A stretch of DNA of 64,000 nucleotides from Chthoniobacterales bacterium. GTDB lineage: Bacteria; Verrucomicrobiota; Verrucomicrobiia; Chthoniobacterales; Chthoniobacteraceae. Made by a program: the position numbers and the translations under genes. Under the pieces are notes generated by a model. The model was not told where the DNA came from, ran no database searches, and was given only the letters and a program-made list of their open reading frames with translations. Of this stretch, positions 45,535-55,740 are shown one piece after another; the stretch's first letter is position 1; every line of letters starts with the position of its first letter. The stretch lies in assembly GCA_038207335.1 (NCBI GenBank), contig JBBQZX010000014.1:32001-96000 (forward strand), in the 5' to 3' direction.

Positions 45535-48342
45535 TCAATAGCGCTTTTGCCCGCCGTGAAACTCGGCCTGCGGTTCATCGGGAGCGGCCTGCACACCGCC
45601 GCGGCCGAGGACGACTAAGCTGCTGAAGTCGAGCCCGAGCCGCCGCGCGCACTGATCGCGGAGCTGCTTGGAAGCGTCGATCAGCGAGCCGTTGACGTCC
45701 TCGATCGCGTTTGCCAAATCGATCTGCGGCGCGTCGATCAGCAGCACTCCTTGCACTCCCTGCTCGCTCGAAGCGGTGATCCTGCTCGCCGCGTCCTGGC
45801 TCACAAATTCCGAGACGATGACGAAATTACGCGCGTCACCGAGCACTCCAGTCGCGGGGATTTCGAGCGTGATCAAGCCGCCGTTTCCAGCGACCGCGCT
45901 CGCGGTGAGCAGGCTCGCTTCGAGGCTGAGGAAGCGCGCGCCCAGCACGATGTTTCCACCCGTCCCGGCGGCCTGCGCGGTGATCGCGCTGTCGCGCAAA
46001 GTGACGCGATTTGCGTGAAGCGCGAGATTGCCCGCATCGGCGTTCAACGCTCGTACGGTAAGGCTCGCGGAGTCGAGCGCGACGTTGCCGACGGCGGCAA
46101 TCTGCAGGCTGCCTGCGCGGCCGAGGCCGAGGTTGTTGCTGGAAATTTCCGCGCGCTTCGCGAGGCGCAAATTGCCCGCGATGTCCAGCCGTACATCGCC
46201 CGCAGCGCCAGTCGAACCGGCAGCGCCGCGGGCCAGGACGCCGCTAGGGAAGCCGAAGCTCGAGCCCGTCGCACTGAGGTTACCGGCGCGCACACGGACA
46301 TCGCCGCCGCGGCCGCTCCCCTCGGTCGCGGATTCGATCTCGCCGCCCTCGCGCAGCGTGATCGCACCGCGTGCGGTGACGACCACATTTCCGCCCTCGC
46401 CAGTCGCACCCTCGACCGTGCGCGCGGAGATCGCGGTGGCGAGGGGGAGGCCGCCCGGCAGCAGCCGCGCGCCGTGACCATCGAGCAGGATTTCATCGGC
46501 GACGACGCTGATCGAACCGCCCGGATTGGCGCCGCCGGTCGTCGCTTCGATGATGCCGCCGCCGAGCAGCGTGACGCGGCCCGCCTCGACGGAGATCGAG
46601 CCTGCTGGCCCATCGCCGAGGTTTTTCGATTGCGCGACGAAGCCGGTCGGCGCGGCCTCCGCGGAGTCGCGACCGTCGATGAGGAGGAGTGACGTCTGGA
46701 CGAAAAGCGAGCCACCGCGCCCGGTGCCTTGAGTGCCGACGGTGAACGCGGCGCGGTCGCTGAGCGTGAGCCCGCCCATCGCAACGACACTCACTTTGCC
46801 GCCGTTGCCCGGCCCAAACGTGCTCGCCGAGACGAAACTCGCGCGAGTCGCGAGCAACTCCCCACGCGTGAAGATTTCCACGTCGCCACTCGCCCCGTGC
46901 GCCGGCGCGCCGGTGGCGGGATCGCGCTCGCTGTCGCTCACAATGCGCGATCCGTCGAGCGATACGGAACCGGCGGCGATGCGCACATTCCCCCCGCGCC
47001 CGAACCCAAAAGTGCTGGCGGTGACGAGGGCGCCGCGGGTGAGCGCGAGCTCCTCGCGGAGGTCGAGCGTGACATCGCCCGCGCGGCCGGTGGTATCGAG
47101 TTCGGCACGTGTGCCAAGGACGCCGGAGTCGAGGGACAGCACGCGCGCTTTGACGAAAACATCACCGCCCCGCGCGCTCGAAGAAGTGCGTGAAAAAACC
47201 GAGCCATTCGCGCGAATGCCGACCGCATCCGCGACGATGCGGAGGTCGCCCGCGCGGCCGACATCGAGCGCGAGCGTGGCGACGAGGCTGTCGTCGCCAG
47301 CCACGTCGAGCCGTCCGGCTTTGATCGCGACGCTGCCACCGGGCGCATCTGAGAGCGCGTAGCTGGCGATGCTGCCGGCGTGGAAGACGGCGAGAGCGCG
47401 CGCGGTGAGTTCGAGGTTGGTTCGGGGCACGCCGCTGCCGGTCACAGAGGTGCTGATGCTCGATGCATCGACCGTGAGTTTCCCGGCGCGAATCACGACC
47501 CGCCCGCCCGCCTCGCCGCTGACGTCGATCGACGCTCCGTTGCGCAACGCGACCTTGCCATTCGCCGCGAATTTCGCCGATGAATAACCGGCGCCCGGCT
47601 GTGCCAGCGAGAACGGCACGACGCCCTGCGAGGCGGCGCTGAAGATGCTCACGGAGTCCTTTGTCGGGGCGCTGGCAAATGTCGAAATGCTCGCACCGTC
47701 GAGCGTCACACCGCCCGCGATGACGTGAAGGCTCGCACCGTCGTGAGTGCTGATTTTCGTCCTCTGGAACTCGACGCTAGCCGCCTTGCCACTCGCGAAT
47801 CCGAACGCGGAAATCGGCGAGCTGACGAGCGAGTCGGCCTGCCCAAGCGCGGCGAAAAATTTCCCCGAACTCCCGAGACTGACGTAGCTCGCGGTCGAGA
47901 CTGTGAACGAACCCGTGACATCCGCGATCGAGGCATTCGGGCCGAAGACGACACCCGCTTGGTTCACGAGAAAAAGATTCGCGGCGCACGAAAGCCGGCC
48001 GTCGATCGATGAGACAGAGCCGCCGGTGACGCGCGCGATCACGTTGTCGATGCCGCCGAGATCCTTGAAAAGCGCGGTCTCGTTTTGGAGCAGGCTGAAC
48101 TGCGAGAAGCTGTGGAAAAGGTTCCCGCCAACGCGCGTGCCCGTGTCGCCGGGGATGGTGTAAATGCCCGCCCCGAAGCCGACCGTGCCCGCCCCGAGAC
48201 TGCCGTCGGAGACGATCCCGCCGGCGCCGTACGTCGCGAGCGTCCCGACTGCGAAGCCAACGGCGATGAGCATCTGAAGCGATTTTCGCCATTGCCTGGA
48301 AGTGTCGCCCGGGTTAAGCATCGCGGAGGAAGTTAGCCGCAA
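45535..48342 (-). CDS. Two-partner-secretion (filamentous haemagglutinin N-terminal domain) beta-helix protein
   Basis: GGNLFHSFSQF, NVIARVTGG..S.IDG, LVNQAGVVFGPNA; repeated G.GG.V.I.A units; C-terminal CARR...SSLVVLGRGG; start uncertain (48342/48321/48273). Confidence 0.88.
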   Translation of the reverse strand: MRLTSSAMLNPGDTSRQWRKSLQMLIAVGFAVGTLATYGAGGIVSDGSLGAGTVGFGAGIYTIPGDTGTRVGGNLFHSFSQFSLLQNETALFKDLGGIDNVIARVTGGSVSSIDGRLSCAANLFLVNQAGVVFGPNASIADVTGSFTVSTASYVSLGSSGKFFAALGQADSLVSSPISAFGFASGKAASVEFQRTKISTHDGASLHVIAGGVTLDGASISTFASAPTKDSVSIFSAASQGVVPFSLAQPGAGYSSAKFAANGKVALRNGASIDVSGEAGGRVVIRAGKLTVDASSISTSVTGSGVPRTNLELTARALAVFHAGSIASYALSDAPGGSVAIKAGRLDVAGDDSLVATLALDVGRAGDLRIVADAVGIRANGSVFSRTSSSARGGDVFVKARVLSLDSGVLGTRAELDTTGRAGDVTLDLREELALTRGALVTASTFGFGRGGNVRIAAGSVSLDGSRIVSDSERDPATGAPAHGASGDVEIFTRGELLATRASFVSASTFGPGNGGKVSVVAMGGLTLSDRAAFTVGTQGTGRGGSLFVQTSLLLIDGRDSAEAAPTGFVAQSKNLGDGPAGSISVEAGRVTLLGGGIIEATTGGANPGGSISVVADEILLDGHGARLLPGGLPLATAISARTVEGATGEGGNVVVTARGAITLREGGEIESATEGSGRGGDVRVRAGNLSATGSSFGFPSGVLARGAAGSTGAAGDVRLDIAGNLRLAKRAEISSNNLGLGRAGSLQIAAVGNVALDSASLTVRALNADAGNLALHANRVTLRDSAITAQAAGTGGNIVLGARFLSLEASLLTASAVAGNGGLITLEIPATGVLGDARNFVIVSEFVSQDAASRITASSEQGVQGVLLIDAPQIDLANAIEDVNGSLIDASKQLRDQCARRLGLDFSSLVVLGRGGVQAAPDEPQAEFHGGQKRY

Positions 48343-48363
48343 AACGGCGACGAACGTCGAGCC

Positions 48364-49728
48364 ATGAAATCAACCGCCCTCCTCGCCGCTCTTGCGATTT
48401 TCGCGCCATTCACCACCGCACTGGCCGATCCGCCGATCCTAGTCTCGTCGAAGGCGAAGCGGACCACGACCGGGTTCACTTTCACCGCGAAGTGGAATCC
48501 GAACACGCCCGACGACGTCTTCCCGCTTTTCTTTTTCAAGCCCGCAAATGATCCGGGCGCCAATGAGGAAATCGTCACGGCGATCCCCTCGACGATTCGT
48601 GGCATCAAGCCCACCGGCATCACGGTGACCGGCAGGGCCAGCGGGTTGAAGAAAGGCGTGGTTTATAAATGGCGCGCTTTGGCGGGCGGAAATGAGACGA
48701 CGAGCGTCGATATGCCTGATCAATTTGTCGGCGATTTCGTCCCAGCCGGGACGTATCGCGGCGCGGCGAAAGACGCCAACAGCGTGCCGCGCGGCGTGGC
48801 GACGGTGAGCGTGACGGGCAGCGGTGCGATCACCGGATCGATCCTGGTGAAAGGCTTCAAACTCACGCTGAGGGGGCATTTCGACAACGCGGGCACCTTG
48901 ACGCTCCACCCGAAAGCCAGCGGTGGCGCGATCTTCGACGTGACGCTGACGAGCGACTCGCTGAACAACGTGGTGAAAGTGCATATCGAATCCGGGCTCG
49001 GGATCTTTTCGTCGGACTTCGATCTGCACGCGAAGCAGGCAGACCTGTCGCTCACCACGCCGCATGCGGGGCACTACACCGTCGTTTTCACGGTCGATCC
49101 CGCGCACAAATCGGACACGAAATACCCTCGCGGCGATTCGATCGCGACGCTCACTTTAAAGAATACCGGGCGCGTCAGTGGAAGCGTGAATCTGGCAGAC
49201 GGAAAGACGGTCGCTGTCGCTTCGTTTTTGGACGATACGGGTTTCGTGAACCTTGGCGGCAACCTCAGTTCGCCCGCGGGCGCGCCCAATCCCAGCTACT
49301 TCGCCGCGTCGCTTTTCATCCATCCGAATGGCGGCGGACTCGACGGAAGCTGGAGCTGGCGGCGTGCGGGCAATCCCGCCAAGGCCGTTTACCCGGATGG
49401 CTTCGAGACGAATAACTCCGCGACCGGCGCCCTCTACACGCCCCCCAGTGCCGATCTAGGCGCGAGCCAAATCACCCTTAGCGGTGGGAACTTCGGCGCC
49501 GATGAAGTCCGCACCTTCGGCCTCACCGCAAAGACCGGAAAAATCTCCATCACCATCGACCACGGGGATTCGCTGAAGCTCCGCCTTTCCCTCGCGACCG
49601 GCATCGTTAATGGCACCTTTATCCCGCATCCGCTGGCGGACGTTGCCAAGGTGCAAACGCTCAGATTCGTGCTCGGTGGCAGCGGCTTTTTCTTAGACGG
49701 CTCGCTCAGTGGACACGTCGGGAACTGA
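48364..49728 (+). CDS. Secreted beta-rich hypothetical protein
   Basis: Signal peptide; Fn3-like N-terminal part, then GTYRG..G.ATVSVT.SGA.TG, YPRGD..ATL...LADG, YPDGF. Confidence 0.75.
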   Translation: MKSTALLAALAIFAPFTTALADPPILVSSKAKRTTTGFTFTAKWNPNTPDDVFPLFFFKPANDPGANEEIVTAIPSTIRGIKPTGITVTGRASGLKKGVVYKWRALAGGNETTSVDMPDQFVGDFVPAGTYRGAAKDANSVPRGVATVSVTGSGAITGSILVKGFKLTLRGHFDNAGTLTLHPKASGGAIFDVTLTSDSLNNVVKVHIESGLGIFSSDFDLHAKQADLSLTTPHAGHYTVVFTVDPAHKSDTKYPRGDSIATLTLKNTGRVSGSVNLADGKTVAVASFLDDTGFVNLGGNLSSPAGAPNPSYFAASLFIHPNGGGLDGSWSWRRAGNPAKAVYPDGFETNNSATGALYTPPSADLGASQITLSGGNFGADEVRTFGLTAKTGKISITIDHGDSLKLRLSLATGIVNGTFIPHPLADVAKVQTLRFVLGGSGFFLDGSLSGHVGN

Positions 49729-50010
49729 CCGACTGACTGCGCCGGCTTTTCAGCAAGTCCGCGGCGGGCGGAGCACGTTTGTCAGCTCAGGAGGGCGGCA
49801 GGTGAGCCCGGTTTAGATCATCCGACGCCCGCGAATACGCGTAGCAGCGGGATGAATTTCAATCAACTGTTCGGGACAAAATTCACCATTGGGATCTCGT
49901 GAGACTTTCGCGGGTATGGCTCGGAAAGAAACAAGCCACTGAGTCAAAGAAGCCGTGAAACCGCGCTGACAAGACGATGTTCTCCTAGATCGGCGATCCA
50001 GGCTGCAGCT

Positions 50011-51159
50011 TCAGAATTTCGACAGCATTTTCGAGCTGCGGAACGCGACTGCGGTCTGCCGGGTGGCGATCTGCGTGAGGCGTTGATCGAGGTAGTCGGC
50101 AGCTCCGCGGGCGGCGCGGCCGAGTTCGCTGCTGGCGCCGAGTTCGTCGGTGAGCTGGCGCAGGATCGGGAGCGCCTCCATGCGCTGCGTGTCGGCGAGC
50201 GCCTGGAGTGCGGCGAGGCGATAGACGGCGTTGGTCTTGGGCTCGCGCGCCCATTTTGGCAGCATCTCGAGCGCGATCTCGGGGTAGAAGCGGGCGATGC
50301 CGTAGAGCGCGTAATGCCGAGTGGCGGGTGCGCCACTGAGGAGCTCTGCTTTCCAGAAATCCCACTCCTTCTCCGAAGTGATGCCGTAATACTGCATCGC
50401 CGCTGCGCGCGAGAGCGGCTCGATCATGGCCTCGATTTTGAGCTGTGGGTCGATGGTCATGGCGACCGAGGACTCCTCGACGTGCATCTGCCGAAGCGCG
50501 TTCAGCGCGGCGATGATGTCGTTGGTCTCGACGCGAAATCCGTCGGTGTTGAAGCGGCTGGGCAGTTCGCCGGTCGCGGGCGTGAATTTCGCGACGGCGC
50601 TCAGCGGCAGATTCTCGCAAAGCGCCAGAGCTGCGGTCTGGAGTGCGCCGATGGAAAGCTCGAGGTGCTTTTGTGCGTAAGCAAGGATCCCGTCAAGGCG
50701 CGGCGCCCTAGTGTAGCTCAGCGTGTAGGCGGCTTCGGAGACTTTGTTCGTGGAGCGTGTCGCGACGGTCTGGAGCTGGGCCTCGGAGGTTTTGCCCACG
50801 GCGATTTCGACCATCGCCTCGCGCACTACGACGACGGCGTTCTTTCCGCTTTCAAGAACCTGGCCCGCGTCGATCTGCACTTTCAGCGGCGCGGCGCCGG
50901 TATTGGTCAAAGTCGCGCGCACTTTGTCGCGCCCATTGCCCGAGAATTTCGCCTTCAAAAGCCCCTGCTCGACGCCTGCCTGAAGTTCGACGAATTCGAT
51001 CTGCGCCGGGATGGGAACCGGGGTCGCCGCTGCGGCCACGGGGACCGGGGCTTCGAGCGCGATGGCAGGCGCGGCGGACTTCGAGGAGTGCGGCCAGAGG
51101 AGAAATCCACCGACCGCGAGCACTGGGGTGATGACGGCGCAGAGAGCTTTCGTGTTCAT
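50011..51159 (-). CDS. Membrane-anchored hypothetical protein with C-terminal HEAT-like helices
   Basis: N-terminal TM and Pro/Ala linker; TRHYALYGIARF, YRLAALQALAD. Confidence 0.7.
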   Translation of the reverse strand: MNTKALCAVITPVLAVGGFLLWPHSSKSAAPAIALEAPVPVAAAATPVPIPAQIEFVELQAGVEQGLLKAKFSGNGRDKVRATLTNTGAAPLKVQIDAGQVLESGKNAVVVVREAMVEIAVGKTSEAQLQTVATRSTNKVSEAAYTLSYTRAPRLDGILAYAQKHLELSIGALQTAALALCENLPLSAVAKFTPATGELPSRFNTDGFRVETNDIIAALNALRQMHVEESSVAMTIDPQLKIEAMIEPLSRAAAMQYYGITSEKEWDFWKAELLSGAPATRHYALYGIARFYPEIALEMLPKWAREPKTNAVYRLAALQALADTQRMEALPILRQLTDELGASSELGRAARGAADYLDQRLTQIATRQTAVAFRSSKMLSKF

Positions 51160-51285
51160 AGGTGGCAACCTCAAAAGCATCGCGCACGCCAACCGCGGAA
51201 AATTTGTGCATCCACGCCTTCGTAGTAAAAATCTCCGTCGGTGCACTCTCGATTTGCGGGTGCGGTTTCGTGCAATGCTCCCGCG

Positions 51286-51825
51286 ATGAAGACCTACTCC
51301 GACCTCGCCGAGCGCGTACTCGCGGACGACGCACTTTTACAAAAGCTCATCCCGACCGAGCCGCTGAATCGCGAACTGCTGTGGCTCATCCGCGATGCGA
51401 CCGATGCAGACCTGAGCGGCGGAAAGGCGATCGGCGATGCGAAGATGTTCCGCCTCGTGCGCGGCGGACTGCTTTACGCGATCGATGCGATCGAGGAGGC
51501 GCACGCGATTTTTCAGGAAGCCAGCGGCGACCTTGGCTCCTACTGGCACGGCATGATCCATCGGCGCGAAGGCGATTTCGACAATGCGCGGTACTGGTTT
51601 CGACGCGCAGGCGTGCTGCCTGTCTTCGAGGAGATGAAGCGCGCCGCGTGTGAGCACTCCGCCGACATGGCGAGGCAGTCGGGCTGGGACCCTTATCTTT
51701 TCACCGGCCAATGCGAGCAGGCGCGCTTCGGCGCGGATGAATCGCTGCGCGAACTCACGGCGCTCCAGCGCGCTGAGTTCGAGGTGCTTCTCGATTATTG
51801 CTGGCGCAAAAGCGGGCTCGTATGA
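51286..51825 (+). CDS. Conserved hypothetical protein
   Basis: AH.IFQ...SYWHGMIHRREGDFDNARYWFRRAG motif; host-like codon usage. Confidence 0.8.
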   Translation: MKTYSDLAERVLADDALLQKLIPTEPLNRELLWLIRDATDADLSGGKAIGDAKMFRLVRGGLLYAIDAIEEAHAIFQEASGDLGSYWHGMIHRREGDFDNARYWFRRAGVLPVFEEMKRAACEHSADMARQSGWDPYLFTGQCEQARFGADESLRELTALQRAEFEVLLDYCWRKSGLV

Positions 51826-51874
51826 ACACGGCGGATTGCTCGCCGAGCCGCATGAAATCAGGCATCGTGCGCCT

Positions 51875-53140
51875 ATGAATCCTCGCGTCGAACTCATCAA
51901 CACCGGCACCGAACTCCTGCTCGGCAGCGTGGTGAATACGCATCTCAAATTTCTCGCAGAGGCGCTTTTCCCGCTCGGTCTGAGGATCGAGCGGCAGGTC
52001 ACCGTCCCCGACGGCGCCGCGATTGCCGACGCGCTGCGCGAGACTTTTGGCCGCACGGATATCGTGCTCGTAACGGGCGGACTCGGCCCGACGACAGACG
52101 ACCTCACGCGAGACGTGGTCGCTGAAATGCTCGGCCTGGAAATGATCCACGACGCATCCGTGATGACATCAATCGAGGAGCGCTTCATCCGGCGTGGGCT
52201 CACGATCGGCGACCGCGTGCGGCTCCAGGCGCTGCGTCCGCGGGAATCGGCGGTGCTGCGCAACGAGCATGGCACGGCACCGGGGCTTCATCTGTCACCG
52301 AAGCGGTTACATTCCGGCGTCGTCTCCCCTCACCTGTTTCTACTGCCCGGCCCGCCTCGCGAACTGAAGCCAATGTTCACCGATTCTGTCGTACCAATTC
52401 TGCGAGACCTCGCGCCCAACGGACCGTTCGAACTCAAACGAAACTACCGCGTCGCCGGCCTCGGCGAGTCGCACGTCGAGGAACTCGTGGGCGCCGAACT
52501 GCTCGCACTCGGCCTCGAGCTGGGATACTGCGCGCGCCCCGGCGAGGTCGATGTGCGCTTGATTGGCAGCCCGGATGCGCTGGACCGAGCTGCCGGGATT
52601 CTTCTGGAAAAGCTCGGGCGTCACATCGTTTCGAGCGACGAGCGATCGCTCGAAAATGTGGTCATCGATCTTCTTGCGAACCGCAGCGAAACGCTCGCTA
52701 CCGCGGAATCCTGCACAGGCGGCCACGTCGCCGACCGGCTCACAAATGTCCCTGGCGCGTCGCAGGTTTTCATCGCTGGATTCGTCACCTACGCGAACGA
52801 ATCCAAGACGCGCGAACTCCGCGTGGATCCTGCGCTCATCGAGAAACACGGTGCGGTCAGCAGCCAGGTCGCCGCCGCGATGGCGCACGGCGCGCTTCGC
52901 GTTACCGAGGCTTCTCACGCGCTCGCCACGACAGGCATCGCTGGCCCCGGCGGCGGCTCCGCGGACAAGCCGGTTGGCACCGTCTATGTCGCGCTTGCGA
53001 GCAAAAGCGGCGTCGCAAAAGTGCAACGCCTCCAATTCCCAACCGACCGCGAAACCTTCAAATTCCTGGCATCCCAAGCCGCACTCGATCTCGTGCGCCG
53101 CAGCCTTGCACCCGAGCCAGCGGCTACGGCTCGATCGTGA
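51875..53140 (+). CDS. cinA: Competence/damage-inducible protein CinA (MoCF-like domain + NMN deamidase PncC domain)
   Basis: GTELLLG..VNT, TGGLGPTTDDLT, GTAPG, LPGPPREL, AESCTGG, HGAVS, TGIAGPGGG..KPVGTV. Confidence 0.95.
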   Translation: MNPRVELINTGTELLLGSVVNTHLKFLAEALFPLGLRIERQVTVPDGAAIADALRETFGRTDIVLVTGGLGPTTDDLTRDVVAEMLGLEMIHDASVMTSIEERFIRRGLTIGDRVRLQALRPRESAVLRNEHGTAPGLHLSPKRLHSGVVSPHLFLLPGPPRELKPMFTDSVVPILRDLAPNGPFELKRNYRVAGLGESHVEELVGAELLALGLELGYCARPGEVDVRLIGSPDALDRAAGILLEKLGRHIVSSDERSLENVVIDLLANRSETLATAESCTGGHVADRLTNVPGASQVFIAGFVTYANESKTRELRVDPALIEKHGAVSSQVAAAMAHGALRVTEASHALATTGIAGPGGGSADKPVGTVYVALASKSGVAKVQRLQFPTDRETFKFLASQAALDLVRRSLAPEPAATARS

Positions 53141-53732
53141 CCGGCGTGCCGACCCGCACCTTCTGATAAATCAGCCCCGCAATATCCGCCGGCAACCGCA
53201 CGCAACCGTGCGAGGCCGCATAGCCCGGCAGGATGCCGACGTGCATCCCGACACCCCCGCTTGTCAGCCGCATAAACCACTTCATCGGCGCGCCGACGTA
53301 ATGCGTCCCGCTCGGCGCCGAGTCGATTTTCGAGCTGACCCCCTCGCGCACGATGCGCCCTCGCGAATCGCAAAACGCACCGTAGATATTCGAGCGATGG
53401 TCCGCGTCTTTTTCCATGACCGAGAAGCTTCCCGTCGGAGTCGCGTGCCCGCTCTTCCCGGATGAAATCGGCGTGTCGATATAGACTTGGTCGCCGGTCA
53501 TCAGCCGCGCCCGCTGCGTCCCGAGCGAGACGACCACACGCGAGTTCCCGGCATTGATGAGTGGCTCCACGTCTTTGTTGATCTTCGCGCCTTCCTGCCG
53601 CCGAAGTAGCTCATTCGCGCTGCGCATTTTCGGAGCGGGCCTGCCAAAAAAATCGGCGGTCGCGCGTTCGCTCGTGAGGGCGAGCGCGAGGATCGTCCCG
53701 ATGAGCAGCGAGTAGTGGCGCGGAGTTCTCAT
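53124..53732 (-). CDS. L,D-transpeptidase (YkuD family)
   Basis: ISSGK..H.TPTG.F, APM.WFMRL, GMHVG..PGYAASHGCVRL, VGTPVTI. Confidence 0.92.
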   Translation of the reverse strand: MRTPRHYSLLIGTILALALTSERATADFFGRPAPKMRSANELLRRQEGAKINKDVEPLINAGNSRVVVSLGTQRARLMTGDQVYIDTPISSGKSGHATPTGSFSVMEKDADHRSNIYGAFCDSRGRIVREGVSSKIDSAPSGTHYVGAPMKWFMRLTSGGVGMHVGILPGYAASHGCVRLPADIAGLIYQKVRVGTPVTIEP

Positions 53733-53864
53733 GGTGAAAAAGCGAGGCGTTCAATAACTGGGTGCATCGAACCGCCGCAAACAGTTTGTGCGGAATCGAA
53801 ACTCGCATCCCACTCGCATCGCCCATCCGATTGCTCCATGCTCAGTCCGGCTTTTTCGCCCAAG

Positions 53865-55655
53865 ATGTCCGTCGTTCACCCATCATTTCCTTCCGTCCGG
53901 CATCGCGTTTTCGCCATGCTCCTCGTCGTGCTTTTTCCGCTTCTTTTTTCATCCGCGGCTGCAGTTGGTAAATCTCCGGCGCTCGCCCCAGCTCCGCCAG
54001 AGCCCGTCCCGCAATCGCTCAAAGTCAACCGCGGCGAGACGATCGACGTGCCGCTCGGCATCTACGGCTCGCGGAATCAGACGCTCGAATTTCGCATCCA
54101 AACGCATCCCGGTGCTGGCAAACTTTCCGCTATCAAAACCGTCGCGCCGGAGCGCGCCACCGTGCGTTACACACCTCCCGCGGACCTCGCGGTCACCTCC
54201 GCAAAATTCAGCTACGCCGTTCGAAGCAATGAAGGCGTCTCCGGCGCAGTCGAGGTGTCAATCAAGATCATCGACGCACCACCGAAACTCGATGCACCGG
54301 CCGAATCCAACTTCCCGCGGACCCTGATCGGCGCTGAATCCGCGCGCGAAATCGTTGTCACAAACGCGGGCGGCGGCATAGCCGAAGGCATGCTGGAGAC
54401 GAGCAACCCTTGGCGCCTCGAAGGCTCGCGGACATACCGCCTCGGCGCTGGCGAAAAGCGGACGTTCAAGATCGTCTTCGCGCCCGAACTTAGCGGCAAA
54501 GAATCCGGCCATGCGCAATTCACGTCGCAACCCGAACGTCCAATTTCACTCACCGGCGAGGCGGTTTTTCCAATCGCATTTTCGCCCGACGCCGTCGAGT
54601 TGCGGCACGAGGCTGCTGAGCCCGTTCGCGCCGGTTCGTTTGAAGTGAAGAACAACACCGGCGATCAGCAGACCCTCAAATTCGTGGCAGACGATCGTCT
54701 CCAATTTCCACGCGAGCTACCCCTAGCCGCGGACGCGACAGCCACCATCACCGTGCGCACCGCGCCCGACGACGTCGCGCCGCTGGACGCGGAAATTCAT
54801 CTCAATCCCGCGCGCGCGGGTGCGTCCATCGCCGTGCGCTTCGCAGCCGTCGGGCCGATCTTTCGAGTCGCACAAAAGAGCGTCAATTTCGGCACTGCAA
54901 GCGCCGGCGTGACGGCTCGCAATTTCATAGAAATCGCCAATGTAGGCGGCACTGCCGGCACCGCCTCGCTTGAAGCCGACCCGCCATTTTTCGTCGTTGA
55001 AAAATCAGTTTTCCTCGACGCCACAAAGACTACCAAAGTCGCCGTCGCGTTCGACGCGCAGAGCCCAGGCTCGTATCATTCCGAATTAAGACTCCAGGCC
55101 CATTCCGGACCGATCGCCGTGCCGCTCACGGCAGTAGTTTCCATCGCAGGCGCAGATGCTCGGATACCAAAGCTCATCCCCATTTCCGGATCACCGCGAC
55201 GCAGCGACGACGCAGCCGAATCCGCGCCCATCGGAATCGAACACGCCCCCGCCGTGCACATTGCAAATCTGACCCCGACCTCCACGGAAATCACATGGCC
55301 AAAAGCCGGCCTTGGTTCGGCGCGATACATCGCCGAATGGCGACAACTCGCGCTCACCGACGGCGAACTAGGAATCGCTTGGCGGGCATTTCCAAACACC
55401 GCGTTCGATATCAAAGACACCACCGTCACCGCCACATTTTCCGGCCTTCAGCCGCAGACGCTTTACATCCTGCGCGTCCGCAGCGTGAACGCCGCCGGAG
55501 ACATCTCGGACCTCGCGATCCCGGTGCAATTTGCAACGCCAGCTAAGCCGCCGTTCATCAAAATCACGCTCCTCCGCGTGCTGATGTTCGCGCTCATCCT
55601 GTGCATCACCGGGGCTGTCTGGCAGAAGATGCGAAGCCCCCGCGCGCTTGGTTGA
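53865..55655 (+). CDS. Surface protein with Ig-like (Hydin/ASH-type) and Fn3 domains and a C-terminal TM anchor
   Basis: Signal peptide; Big-like YTPP..FSYAV; NF..T.IG...I..TN.GG repeats; LQPQTLYILRVRSVN; C-terminal TM then basic residues; start uncertain. Confidence 0.72.
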   Translation: MSVVHPSFPSVRHRVFAMLLVVLFPLLFSSAAAVGKSPALAPAPPEPVPQSLKVNRGETIDVPLGIYGSRNQTLEFRIQTHPGAGKLSAIKTVAPERATVRYTPPADLAVTSAKFSYAVRSNEGVSGAVEVSIKIIDAPPKLDAPAESNFPRTLIGAESAREIVVTNAGGGIAEGMLETSNPWRLEGSRTYRLGAGEKRTFKIVFAPELSGKESGHAQFTSQPERPISLTGEAVFPIAFSPDAVELRHEAAEPVRAGSFEVKNNTGDQQTLKFVADDRLQFPRELPLAADATATITVRTAPDDVAPLDAEIHLNPARAGASIAVRFAAVGPIFRVAQKSVNFGTASAGVTARNFIEIANVGGTAGTASLEADPPFFVVEKSVFLDATKTTKVAVAFDAQSPGSYHSELRLQAHSGPIAVPLTAVVSIAGADARIPKLIPISGSPRRSDDAAESAPIGIEHAPAVHIANLTPTSTEITWPKAGLGSARYIAEWRQLALTDGELGIAWRAFPNTAFDIKDTTVTATFSGLQPQTLYILRVRSVNAAGDISDLAIPVQFATPAKPPFIKITLLRVLMFALILCITGAVWQKMRSPRALG

Positions 55656-55740
55656 CGCTCACCCATCGAGCGCCGCTCCCGCGCTCGCCAAATCACAAAA
55701 GCGTGATTTCCTAACCTTCCCGCAGCCGTCCCAACTACCC

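Noticed and set aside
49730..50010. 280-nt gap between convergent genes as a possible ncRNA (SRP-like AGCAG noted)
   Set aside because: No convincing SRP, tmRNA, RNase P or riboswitch consensus; an Rfam/Infernal scan would be needed
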